In this document: piece by piece, positions 28,077 through 37,484 of the stretch | How positions within the stretch are numbered: the first letter of the stretch is position 1 | Layout: the number at the start of each line of letters is the position of its first letter | From: Phycisphaeraceae bacterium | GTDB taxonomy: Bacteria; Planctomycetota; Phycisphaerae; Phycisphaerales; Phycisphaeraceae | Direction of reading: 5' to 3' | DNA: 64,000 nucleotides | Assembly (NCBI GenBank): GCA_963674705.1 | Contig: OY771506.1 | Location: forward strand, 2,336,001 to 2,400,000 | Program-made: the position numbers and the translations under genes | The notes under the pieces: model-generated | What the model saw: only the letters and a program-made list of their open reading frames with translations | Told to the model about the DNA's origin: nothing | The model's database searches: none

Positions 28077-29195
28077 ATGCCGGAACCGCTGATCATTGTT
28101 GGCAGCTCGGTCCGTGCCGCGGCCCAGTCTGCTGTCCGTGCAGGATTTGCCCCATGGTGTATCGACCGTCGGGGCGATCGCGACCTGCGCGAGATGCCCG
28201 GCGTCACCGTCCGTGTGGTCGGCAAGACAGACTACCCAAGCGGCATCGTCAAACTGCTGGATGAAGCACCGGGGCAGGCGAAAATCCTGCTGGCAGGCGG
28301 GCTTGATGGTGAATTCGACCTGCTCAAGGCCATCGCATTCGAACACCCGTTCCTTTCAAGCCCACCCGAAGCTGTCCGCAAAGTCCGCTGGCCCAGCGCG
28401 CTGGCGACCATCCCCACCACGCCCGGCCTCAAGCACTGCCAGACACTCACCTCCATCTCATTCCTCCGCAGACTCTGGCGGCTCGCGTTCGGTTCGTTCG
28501 GCAAAACACGCTACCTGCTCAAACCGCTTAACTCCTACGGCGGACAAGACATCACCTGGTGGCAGCCCGGCCAATCCATCGGCGCAGGTCAGTACCTTCA
28601 GCAATACGTCCGAGGCATGCCCATCAGTGCCGTCTATCACTGCGACGGATGGTCCTCCATCCTCCTTGGCGCGACCGAGCAACTCATCGGCGAATCCTGC
28701 TTCGCCGGCGCCGGCTTCGCCTACTGCGGCTCCATCGGCCCCGTCCAACTCACCGAACGCAACCGCGAAGCGCTCTCGCACCTCGGCGTCGTGCTCACCC
28801 AACGCTTCGACCTGCGCGGCATCTTCGGCATCGACCTGGTCATGGACTTCAAGGGCGATCTCTGGCCCATCGAAGTCAACCCCCGATACCCTGCCAGTGC
28901 CGAACTCATCGAAAAAATCACCGGCGCGCACGTCCTCACACCAACCGACGGCTCGCGCAAAGAAAGCAAACAACGCCCCCTGCAATTCGGCAAGGCCATC
29001 GTCTACGCGAAGAAAGACTTCAAGGCCCCGGACTACTACGCCACCTTCAGCCGCGACCAGATCGCCGACGTCCCCGAACCCGGCCGCGAAATCACCCAAG
29101 GCGCCGCCATCTGCACCGTCCAAGCCTCCGCATCATCGCGAGACGAATGTTTCAAAAAACTCAAATCGCTCGCCGAACAGGTGTACGCAACTTAG
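28077..29195 (+). CDS. ATP-grasp carboligase (COG2232-like)
   Basis: GSSVRAAAQSA..AG...IDRRGDRDL, LLKP...GG, QQYVRG, GIFGID, IEVNPRYPAS. Confidence 0.78.
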   Translation: MPEPLIIVGSSVRAAAQSAVRAGFAPWCIDRRGDRDLREMPGVTVRVVGKTDYPSGIVKLLDEAPGQAKILLAGGLDGEFDLLKAIAFEHPFLSSPPEAVRKVRWPSALATIPTTPGLKHCQTLTSISFLRRLWRLAFGSFGKTRYLLKPLNSYGGQDITWWQPGQSIGAGQYLQQYVRGMPISAVYHCDGWSSILLGATEQLIGESCFAGAGFAYCGSIGPVQLTERNREALSHLGVVLTQRFDLRGIFGIDLVMDFKGDLWPIEVNPRYPASAELIEKITGAHVLTPTDGSRKESKQRPLQFGKAIVYAKKDFKAPDYYATFSRDQIADVPEPGREITQGAAICTVQASASSRDECFKKLKSLAEQVYAT

Positions 29196-29240
29196 CCCCC
29201 GGCTTGCCGGGGGTAAACGTACGACTTCTCATTAACCGAT

Positions 29241-29321
29241 GCGCGCGAGCTGGCAGTTCGCGGCTATTAGATTCATGTAAACCTTCGGACATCACTAGCC
29301 GCGAGCTGCCAGCTCGCGCGC
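29241..29321. repeat. 26-bp inverted repeat (REP doublet)
   Basis: GCGCGCGAGCTGGCAGTTCGCGGCTA / TAGCCGCGAGCTGCCAGCTCGCGCGC. Confidence 0.8.
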
Positions 29322-29342
29322 CACAACAAGCAAATACAATCT

Positions 29343-29460
29343 CACCAGCCACCAGCCACCAGCCACCAGCCACCAGCCACCAGCCACCAGCCACCAGCCA
29401 CCAGCCACCAGCCACCAGCCACCAGCCACCAGCCACCAGCCACCAGCCACCAGCCACCAG
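29343..29460 (+). repeat. Perfect tandem repeat (CACCAGC), about 17 copies
   Basis: 118 bp of uninterrupted heptamer. Confidence 0.97.
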
Positions 29461-29461
29461 G

Positions 29462-29555
29462 AAACCCGCCCCTTCGCTGCGCTCAGGACCGGCGTTGACG
29501 AAACATCAGCGATTAACGATTAGCAATCAGCAATACAATCCCCACACCCCACACC
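29462..29555 (+). repeat. REP-like core + ATYAGCR heptamers + AATACAATCCCCACACCCCA tail
   Basis: Same order of parts as 2862-2993. Confidence 0.8.
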
Positions 29556-30317
29556 CTACTCAACCACCGCACCGAACTTCCGCTTGCGGCCCGCGTACGA
29601 TTCAAACGCTTTGTACAACTGCGCTACATCAAACTCGGGCCAGCAGATGTCCGTCACGTATAGTTCAGCGTAGCTGATCTGCCAGAGCAGGTAATTGCTC
29701 AATCGCATCTCGCCGGCCGTGCGGATCAGCAGATCCGGGTCGGGTAAACCCGCTGTGTACAAGTGCTGTGCAATCGTCTCTTCACTGATCGCGTCGGGTT
29801 CGATCTCGCCGGCCTTCACCTTCTTCGCGATGTTGCGCACCGCGTCGGTGATCTCCATGCGCGAGCCGTAATTCAACGCAAGCGCAAGCGTCAGACCCGT
29901 GTTGTCTTTGGTTAACGCTACGGTTTTATCGAGTTCTTCCAGAACGCGATCCGGCAATCCCTCTCGCCTGCCGACCTGAATGAAGCGGATGTTGTTGCTG
30001 TGCAGCTCGCTGCGTTCGCCGATCAGGTACTCGACATACAGATCCATCAGGAAGTCGATTTCTTCCTGGGCACGCGTCCAGTTTTCAGTACTGAAGCTGT
30101 AGAGCGTCAGCGCTTCAAGCCCGAGCTTGGCGCACTCGGTGACCAGCGGACGAATCCGTTCGCCGCCTTCCCGATGCCCGCACGTACGGTCCTTGCCCTG
30201 CGCCTGCGCCCACCGCCCGTTGCCATCCATGATGATCGCTACATGGCGAGGCAGGTTCGCAATCGCTGATCGCTGATCGTTAATCGCTAATTTGGTTGTG
30301 GCATCGATGCCTGACAT
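29556..30317 (-). CDS. uppS: Undecaprenyl diphosphate synthase / isoprenyl transferase
   Basis: HVAIIMDGNGRWA, FSTENW, ALNYGSR, PDLLIRTAGEMRLSNYLLWQ. Confidence 0.95.
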   Translation of the reverse strand: MSGIDATTKLAINDQRSAIANLPRHVAIIMDGNGRWAQAQGKDRTCGHREGGERIRPLVTECAKLGLEALTLYSFSTENWTRAQEEIDFLMDLYVEYLIGERSELHSNNIRFIQVGRREGLPDRVLEELDKTVALTKDNTGLTLALALNYGSRMEITDAVRNIAKKVKAGEIEPDAISEETIAQHLYTAGLPDPDLLIRTAGEMRLSNYLLWQISYAELYVTDICWPEFDVAQLYKAFESYAGRKRKFGAVVE

Positions 30318-30359
30318 GACCTTAAACCTCTTCACACATTAGCAATTAAAAATCAGCGA

Positions 30360-31733
30360 TTAAACATTCTTCAAAACCGTCTGGCTTCGACGTGGCCCCA
30401 CGCTTGCCAGTACGATGGGAACACCCACGAACTGCTCGATCTTCTTGATGTACGCCTGCGCGTTGGCGGGCAGATCATCGAAGCCGCGGCATTCCTCGAC
30501 CGAGTCTTCAAACCCGGCCACCGTCTCGAACACCGGCTCCACAGCGCTCAGTACGGCCGCATTGGCGGGGAAGTTCTCGAGAACCTTGCCATTGTGCTTA
30601 TATGCCGTGCAAAGCTTCAATTCCGGCATCCCGGCCAGCACATCCAGCAGCATCAACGCGATCCCCGTCGCGCCGCTTAGCTGGGCGGTGTACTTCAGCG
30701 CCACCAGGTCCAGCCAGCCCACACGCCGCGGCCGACCGGTCGTCGTGCCATACTCTTTGCCGACCTCGCGGATGCGGTCGCCCGTCGCGTCGAACAGCTC
30801 CGTCGGCATGGGGCCGCCGCCGACGCGTGTCTGGTACGCCTTGACGATCCCCAGCACGTTCGTGACCTTGTGGCCAGGTATGCCAGTCCCCGTATGCACG
30901 CCCAGCGACGAACAGTTGCTGCTGGTGACGAACGGATACGTCCCGTGATCGATATCGAGCAGCGTCGCGTTCGCGCCTTCAAAGAGCAGACGCTTGCCTT
31001 GCTTCATCGAGTTGTGCAGCAGGTGGGCGGTGTCGCAGATGTGCGGTTTGAGCACGGCCGCAAGTTCGAGTGTGTCCTTCAACACCTTTTTCGCATCGAA
31101 CGGCTCAAACGCTTCGCCGCACTGCTGGGCCAGCGCCGCCAGGATCGTGTTCTTGACCTGGATGATCCGCGTCAGCTTCGCTTCGAGTGTTTTTTCATCC
31201 AGCAGATCGCCCACGCGGATCGCGGTCGAACGCAGCGCCTTGTCCGCGTAACAGGGGCCGATGCCTCGTCCGGTCGTGCCGATCGCCGCATCATCGCCCG
31301 ACACCTTGGCGATCGCACGCTCGTACAAAGCGTCCTGCACCTTGTGATATTCAAAGACCAGGTGCGCCCGGTCGCTGATCTTGAGGTTGTCGCCAATCTT
31401 GATGCCGTCAGCCCGGAGCGTGTTGATCTCTTTGACGACTTGTGCCGGGTCGATGACGACGCCGTTGCCCAGCACGTTGATGGCTTTTTCCGACAGTACG
31501 CCCGAGGGGATCAGGTGCAGGGCATACCGCTTGTCGCCGACCTGCACGCTGTGCCCGGCATTCGCGCCGCCGTTATATCGGACAACCAGGTCGAAACATC
31601 CCGCCAGCAGGTCCACGACCTTGCCCTTGCCCTCGTCACCCCATTGCAGGCCGACGACCGCACAGTGGCCTGTCTCCAAGCCAAGATTTTTCAGACTCTC
31701 AACGTCGGCACACACGGGGGGCTGGGCGGTCAT
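30360..31733 (-). CDS. purA: Adenylosuccinate synthetase
   Basis: QWGDEGKGK, GGANAGH, IGTTGRGIGP, DHGTYPFVTSS, GTTTGRPRR. Confidence 0.97.
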   Translation of the reverse strand: MTAQPPVCADVESLKNLGLETGHCAVVGLQWGDEGKGKVVDLLAGCFDLVVRYNGGANAGHSVQVGDKRYALHLIPSGVLSEKAINVLGNGVVIDPAQVVKEINTLRADGIKIGDNLKISDRAHLVFEYHKVQDALYERAIAKVSGDDAAIGTTGRGIGPCYADKALRSTAIRVGDLLDEKTLEAKLTRIIQVKNTILAALAQQCGEAFEPFDAKKVLKDTLELAAVLKPHICDTAHLLHNSMKQGKRLLFEGANATLLDIDHGTYPFVTSSNCSSLGVHTGTGIPGHKVTNVLGIVKAYQTRVGGGPMPTELFDATGDRIREVGKEYGTTTGRPRRVGWLDLVALKYTAQLSGATGIALMLLDVLAGMPELKLCTAYKHNGKVLENFPANAAVLSAVEPVFETVAGFEDSVEECRGFDDLPANAQAYIKKIEQFVGVPIVLASVGPRRSQTVLKNV

Positions 31734-31912
31734 AGCTGAACTCAATTGGGTTAGGAATGGGGTCCAAAACCGGGATTCTAGCAGTTTCCGGCCCGGAGAG
31801 CAGAGCATGTTATCAAATGATTATTGCATCAAAAGTTTTTACAACCTATAATTCTCCTGTTGCGATTCATTATCAAAATTGGGCCAAATCCACAGTACCA
31901 CGGAACTAACGC

Positions 31913-32389
31913 ATGATTTATTCAAATGCCTGCGCATACGCAATACGTGCGATGACCCGCCTCGCGATGCTTCGACCGGATGGCTACGTCCTTTTAGATG
32001 AGCTTTGTGAAGGCACCGACCTGCCCCGGCACTTTGTCGCCAAAATCTTCCAGGATCTGGTCCGCAAGGGCCTGCTCACCAGTGCCAAGGGACGCGGCGG
32101 CGGCTTCGCCCTGGCAAGCCCACCCAGCCAGATCACCCTCTACGACATCGTAGGGCACGTCGACGGCGTCGAATCCCTCGATTCCTGTGTCGTCGGCATG
32201 GCCAAGTGCAACGGCCAGCAGCCCTGCCCACAGCACGACCAGTGGGAACCCATCCGCAGCGAACTCAAGAAGTTCCTGCTCTCGACCACCCTCGAGAAGA
32301 TGGCCACCACCCTCAACGAAAAAATGAGCCTCGTCGGCGAGGACATGCCCAAACTCCAGAGCAAATCCAAGCCCCTGGCTCGTGGGTAA
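31913..32389 (+). CDS. Rrf2-family transcriptional regulator (probable Fe-S ligands)
   Basis: SAKGRGGGFALA, ITLYDIV, C-x6-C-x5-C-x2-H. Confidence 0.9.
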   Translation: MIYSNACAYAIRAMTRLAMLRPDGYVLLDELCEGTDLPRHFVAKIFQDLVRKGLLTSAKGRGGGFALASPPSQITLYDIVGHVDGVESLDSCVVGMAKCNGQQPCPQHDQWEPIRSELKKFLLSTTLEKMATTLNEKMSLVGEDMPKLQSKSKPLARG

Positions 32390-32544
32390 GTTTTTTTAGC
32401 CGCGAAGTGACGCAAATCAACGCAAATATCTCGACCGGGTCCTGTTAATAGCAGGGCCCGGTTGTTTTATCGAAGCATGCTCGAACCATCACTGACGGGC
32501 AATCAGTTACGGCTTGCAGGATCAACATGAGCAGGCCTACCTTT

Positions 32545-32750
32545 CGCCCCGGAGGGGCATAGGGTTGTAGCCATGGGTGGAGCGCAGCGCAACCCGTGGA
32601 AGAGGTGGTGCCTATTGAGACTCACCCCGGATGGGGTGAAGGTATTGTTAGCGCCGCCCCTTTCGGGGCGGATTCTCAAAACAACAACTCGACTTCCACG
32701 CGTTGCGCTGCGCTTCACACGTGGCTACATGCTTTAACCCCTGCGGGGTA
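32545..32750. repeat. REP doublet/BIME-like element with GTAG-type REPs and CCCC..GGGG hairpins
   Basis: TGTAGCCATGGGTGGAGCGCAGCGCAACCCGTGGAA (32566-32601) is inverted at 32694-32729 with 4 mismatches. Confidence 0.8.
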
Positions 32751-32895
32751 GCGAGCCGCATGACAACGTTCGCAGAGTACGGGTTACGACGTTTGCGGAA
32801 GATGTCTGAAAACTGTGTGGTAAGGTAATATGCCGGTGGTACTAAATCCGGCCTACCCGGGAACCTCGTTCAATCACGTGCCGTAATGCCCATAC

Positions 32896-33846
32896 ATGTC
32901 AGAAACGCTTCCGGACCAGACCGACGCCAGTACCCGCCTAGACCGGGACCTCGCCTGCCACGCTTGCGGCTACAACCTCCGCACACTCAAGCCCGAGCAA
33001 ACCTGCCCGGAATGCGGTGCTTCGGTTCAAACATCGATACAGGCAGATGTACAACAACAACGCTACCCCATCATGACGCTCAAGGCCTTCGGCATCTTCA
33101 CACGCATCATCTATGTGTTGTTGGGTGTGGTTTTGCCGATTGCGCCTTTCCTTTTTGTAGAAAAAGAAAGCAGGCCCCTGTTTGTGTGGCAACAATCGCA
33201 TGGCCTGCTTGGCTATCTGAGAATCCTTGTCGGTGGGATTCCTGCCCGCCCGTTTTACCCATTGCTGATCTATCCGTGCGTCACGCTGTGCTTCTTCGTC
33301 GCCAACCCCGAACGCTTCGGCAAGATGCGATGGATTCAATTCGGCCTCATCCTGGGCATACTGATGGGATTCCAGTACGCCATGTTGTTGTCCGTAGCGG
33401 GTGCCGTCATCGGGGGATTCATCGGGCTTGTTGTGTTCGCAATCATCTTAATGATCGCAAACGCCTTTTGGGACGGCTCCAGTGAGTTCGAGCACGGTAT
33501 CAAAGGGATTTATGACGGGATCAAGATCGTCCAGGTTATCCTTGTTTTCATATGTGTCATGTGCTGCTACATCTACACGTTCGGTGATGATCGGCATATT
33601 TACGCAGCCTTCGTAGCGGCTCTGACCTTCCTTGCCTCGCCTTTCATTTACATGCATATCTATCTGCACGCGATCATCCGTGTCGTGCGGGCAAATGACG
33701 ATCCGACCTCGCCGGACTCGATCCGCTGCGGATCCGCCTGGTGGCATTGGTTGATCGGTGGGGGATGCATCTACCTGATCGCGTGGTCTATCTCGATCGT
33801 GCTGGCGATCAATGAATACGCCAAGTTGCCGGTCAGGTACCCGTGA
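32896..33846 (+). CDS. Multi-pass membrane protein with an N-terminal zinc ribbon
   Basis: CHACGYNL...CPECG followed by about 7 hydrophobic helices. Confidence 0.7.
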   Translation: MSETLPDQTDASTRLDRDLACHACGYNLRTLKPEQTCPECGASVQTSIQADVQQQRYPIMTLKAFGIFTRIIYVLLGVVLPIAPFLFVEKESRPLFVWQQSHGLLGYLRILVGGIPARPFYPLLIYPCVTLCFFVANPERFGKMRWIQFGLILGILMGFQYAMLLSVAGAVIGGFIGLVVFAIILMIANAFWDGSSEFEHGIKGIYDGIKIVQVILVFICVMCCYIYTFGDDRHIYAAFVAALTFLASPFIYMHIYLHAIIRVVRANDDPTSPDSIRCGSAWWHWLIGGGCIYLIAWSISIVLAINEYAKLPVRYP

Positions 33847-34064
33847 AGACACGAGCCGTCGGCTACCGCATATTCTCACCGCTCCAACCACAGATAATTT
33901 TGCCGCAAATAAACGCCAATCCACGCAAATAAAAAACCGGACCCCAATCGCTCAGGGCCCGGCCTCATTATTTGCATCTATTCGCCTCAATTAGCGTGCA
34001 TTCGCGGCTAAAACACTCTCCGCCTCCGCGCTCTTCGCGCCTTCGCGGTTCATGTCCGTCCGCT

Positions 34065-35729
34065 TCACGCCTCTTCCGCTCCCAGCTTGATCGCCGCCGC
34101 CTTCAGGATGCCCGGCTTGCTCTTGAGGCTCTCGATCAGGTCGGCGCTCGGTTCGCTGTCCAGCTTCAGCAGCATCAACGCGGTGGCGTCGCGGCGGCTG
34201 ATGGTCATGTCCGCGATGTTCACGCCGGCTTCGCCGAACACCGAACCGACCAGCCCGATCATGCCGGGGCGGTCTTCGTTCTGCAGTAGCAGCATCTGCC
34301 CGGCGGGGACCATATCCATGTAGTAGCCGTTGATCTCGACGATGCGAGGACGCAGGTCGTCGTACACGCGGCCGACAATCTTGCGTGTCTTGTCCGCCGG
34401 ATGCGTCTTATTGTCCACCGAACCACTCGGGCCGTCGATCTGGAACGACAACTCGCTGCCGCGCGGCCCTTCTTCATCCACCAGGACCGTACGGACCTTG
34501 ATCCCCCGGCTCTCGGCGACCTGTGTCACATTAATGATGTTCACCGGATCGCTCAGGTGATTCTGCAAGAGCGTCACCAGCGCGATACGTTCGATCATGC
34601 TCTGCCCTGCCGACAGTTCGCTGCCGACCAGTTCGATCGTCACGGTGCTGATCCCGCGTGTGATCATCGGGCTGATCAGTTGAGCCATGCGTTCCGACAG
34701 ATCGACGTAGCGCTGCTGCATCGGGGAAAGATCGATCTTCAATCCGCCGGCGTTCACCGCGCCTTTCACACCTTGACCACGCAGGTACGTCAAGCAACCC
34801 GCCGCCGCATCCACACTCACCGCCATCTGCGCCTCGGCCGTACTCGCACCAAGGTGGGGCGTATGCAGAATCTTCGGGTGCTTGCGGATCGGATCGTCCT
34901 CGGCCGGCGGTTCTTTCGGATAGACGTCGAGCGCCGCGCCGGCGCACTTGCCTGATTCCAAAGCTTCCAAAAGATCCTTCTCATCCACCACGCCGCCACG
35001 CGCCGCGTTCACGACGTAGAGCCCGCCTTCTTTCGCCTTGGCGAACGTGTCCTTGTTCAGCATCGAACGTGTCTGGTCATTCAAAGGCACGTGGAAGCTG
35101 ACGATATCAACGAGCGGCACGAGGTCCGCAAAATCACGCACCATCTTCACGCGGCCCTCGCACGCCGTCTCCTGGTTGTAGAACGGGTCGTACCCGATCA
35201 CATCCATCTCAAACGCCAGCGCACGCTCGGCAACCGTCCGGCCGATCCGGCCCATCCCGACGATACCCAGCGTCTTGCCGGCAAGCTGCCTGCCCTGGTA
35301 CTTGCTGCGATCCCACCCGCCTCCGCTCATCGTCTCGTGAGCCGGGCCGATGTTACGCATCAACGCCATCATCAACGCAAACGCGTGCTCCGCCGTCGTG
35401 ATCGTCGACGCCTCGGCCGTATTGATGACCAGGATCCCTTTGGCCGTCGCGGCTTCGAGGTCGATATTGTCAACGCCCACACCCGCACGGGCGATCACCT
35501 TCAGCTTCCCCGGGTTCTCCAGGATCTTGGCGGTCACCTTGATCCCCGACCGTACGATCATCGCATCGTGCTCGCCCACGATCGCGGCGTATTCCTCTTC
35601 CGAGAGCCCCGGCTTATTCACCAGCTCACAGTCCGGCTGGTTCTCAATAAACGCCAGCCCCTCCTTGTGGAGCTTGTCGGCGGCCAAAATCTTAAAGGTC
35701 TGGGTCACAGCATCAGTGGCAGCAGTCAT
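34065..35729 (-). CDS. serA: D-3-phosphoglycerate dehydrogenase
   Basis: RAGVGVDNID, GMGRIG, NAARGG, TPHLGAST, C-terminal ACT (NEDRPGMIG). Confidence 0.96.
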   Translation of the reverse strand: MTAATDAVTQTFKILAADKLHKEGLAFIENQPDCELVNKPGLSEEEYAAIVGEHDAMIVRSGIKVTAKILENPGKLKVIARAGVGVDNIDLEAATAKGILVINTAEASTITTAEHAFALMMALMRNIGPAHETMSGGGWDRSKYQGRQLAGKTLGIVGMGRIGRTVAERALAFEMDVIGYDPFYNQETACEGRVKMVRDFADLVPLVDIVSFHVPLNDQTRSMLNKDTFAKAKEGGLYVVNAARGGVVDEKDLLEALESGKCAGAALDVYPKEPPAEDDPIRKHPKILHTPHLGASTAEAQMAVSVDAAAGCLTYLRGQGVKGAVNAGGLKIDLSPMQQRYVDLSERMAQLISPMITRGISTVTIELVGSELSAGQSMIERIALVTLLQNHLSDPVNIINVTQVAESRGIKVRTVLVDEEGPRGSELSFQIDGPSGSVDNKTHPADKTRKIVGRVYDDLRPRIVEINGYYMDMVPAGQMLLLQNEDRPGMIGLVGSVFGEAGVNIADMTISRRDATALMLLKLDSEPSADLIESLKSKPGILKAAAIKLGAEEA

Positions 35730-36073
35730 TGTGCTATCTCTTTGCAGGGGTTAAAGATACAAAATCCATCCCAGCACCCGCACCTCACAAGCCTGGGCAA
35801 AAGAAGATTTTAGTCTCCGAGGATGATGCACACAATGCGAAGTTCAATGCAATGAATGCGAAAACATGTCGATCCGCCAACCCTCCGCATGCATTTTCCC
35901 AACCATACATCCCCCAACCCACCCAGTTTAGCTCCGCAGCTCGCTGCAGAATCGGGCGGCAAGCAACTCGGCCAGACCATGAATGATTACCCTCCATCGG
36001 CCCGGGCCTGACCTGACATGTACACTTCATGAATACCAGGTCAGTATGAGCATTCAGTAGCGACTACAAGGAT

Positions 36074-36355
36074 ATGGAAAACCACACGAAAGCATTCTGG
36101 AAGCGAGCCGCGACTCTCAGCTTAGCCAGCATCTTTCTGTCGCTAGCAACACTCTTCATCGTCCCGGGACTTCTCACGGTTCTGTACGCGCTTGTCATGT
36201 ACCTGGCAGATGGTTATTGGATCGGCGAACCCGAGTTGTTTTTCGTTCTGGGTGTTGCGAGCATTATTGGAATTATTTGTGCGGTATTCGTATTGCTGGT
36301 CGGAATAGCACACATGTTTGAAGACCTACCAAGCGAACGTCGAAGACGGCAGTAA
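36074..36355 (+). CDS. Small hypothetical membrane protein
   Basis: Two TM helices; AAGGA RBS; AT-richer islet. Confidence 0.55.
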   Translation: MENHTKAFWKRAATLSLASIFLSLATLFIVPGLLTVLYALVMYLADGYWIGEPELFFVLGVASIIGIICAVFVLLVGIAHMFEDLPSERRRRQ

Positions 36356-36379
36356 ATCCGGTTTTATCATGGATACTTG

Positions 36380-36976
36380 TTAATCCTCGCCGGAACGTTC
36401 TTTCCAGTATCCTGCCCACTGATCAATGGCTTGATTGCGATCATCAAAATTTCTGTAACTTCGAAATCCAAAATCTTGGTTATGAATTGTTCGCAAAGCG
36501 AAGCTTGCCATGTCCGCAATTGTCATCGCATGCAATTCATTGCTTTCCCAAGGCTCCACCGCATATAGGCTTGATACGAATGTTGACTCGGGGCGGACTG
36601 TATACTCAAAACCGGTCTTATCATCGCACTCCAATAATTCAATAAGTAAGGGTGTCGAATCTTCACCAATCTCGATGAGCCTTTGCAGGTGATACGGCAG
36701 ATTGGCTGGTCGTACAGCCTGCGGTATTGGAGTAAACAAACGAAAATCGCCTTCCAGCAATCTATTGGCGTGATATGCTGCAGGGATGAGATGGGGATAC
36801 TTATAGGTCGGGGGTTGTTTTTTGCCGGATATGTATACGGTCCATTCCCGCTCGTTTTCCTCAAAACGCGTTGTATGTCTATTCTCGCTGCACCCAAGCA
36901 ATACAACCAGCGAAAATGCCAGCATCAGAATGAGAGCATATTGTGCCCTGGGCTCTGAGCTATACATACATAGCAT
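36380..36976 (-). CDS. Hypothetical lipoprotein (start uncertain)
   Basis: LVVLLGC lipobox; AT-richer sequence. Confidence 0.55.
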   Translation of the reverse strand: MLCMYSSEPRAQYALILMLAFSLVVLLGCSENRHTTRFEENEREWTVYISGKKQPPTYKYPHLIPAAYHANRLLEGDFRLFTPIPQAVRPANLPYHLQRLIEIGEDSTPLLIELLECDDKTGFEYTVRPESTFVSSLYAVEPWESNELHAMTIADMASFALRTIHNQDFGFRSYRNFDDRNQAIDQWAGYWKERSGED

Positions 36977-37107
36977 TCGGTTTTGACGCCGCTTGTATCC
37001 GCCTGTGTCAGTAAGTGATTTGTGCATCGTGTTGATCCCGGTATCTGTCAGTGCCACAAGGCGGCTCGCCTGGGCCAACTCAGACTTATGGCCCACATGA
37101 ATCCAGT

Positions 37108-37434
37108 CTACTTCGTCGGCTGCAGTGTCACGGTTAAAGGCCAAATGGCGGGCACTTCAACTGTCGCCGTTTGGTACCCCGTTTTACTTACTTGCACCCA
37201 TTTTTTTTCCTGTACACCGCTTGGCACACGTGCCCAACCGTTTGCATCGGTGCGTTCTTTTTGAGTATTGATAGACAATGACACGCCGCAAACCTCTGCA
37301 TCCCGGACCGGATTGCCCGAGGTGTCGACCACCCGCACCATCTGTTTCTGTGTGCATGCAGGGATTATCACGATCAAAGATGTGAGTATCAACAAGCCCA
37401 ATAAGAACAATGCATCAATCTTTTTGTGTGTCAT
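37108..37434 (-). CDS. Lipoprotein with a carboxypeptidase-regulatory-like beta-sandwich
   Basis: IIPAC lipobox; VVDTSGNPVRDAEV...TDANG...VSKTGY pattern. Confidence 0.65.
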   Translation of the reverse strand: MTHKKIDALFLLGLLILTSLIVIIPACTQKQMVRVVDTSGNPVRDAEVCGVSLSINTQKERTDANGWARVPSGVQEKKWVQVSKTGYQTATVEVPAIWPLTVTLQPTK

Positions 37435-37484
37435 CTTCAACGCTAACCCTCAACTCTTAACCTTCGCGCCTTCGCGGTAAACAA

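Noticed and set aside
29343..29460. Possible CRISPR array
   Set aside because: Pure 7-bp tandem repeat with no spacers; no cas genes.
28096..29677. Long alternative-frame ORFs (379 and 372 aa) with PATSHQP repeats
   Set aside because: Shadow frames of the ATP-grasp gene running into the VNTR; low-complexity Pro/Ser/Arg translation.
36000..37480. Integron cassette array
   Set aside because: No convincing attC (RYYYAAC...GTTRRRY) sites; mixed gene orientation; no integrase.
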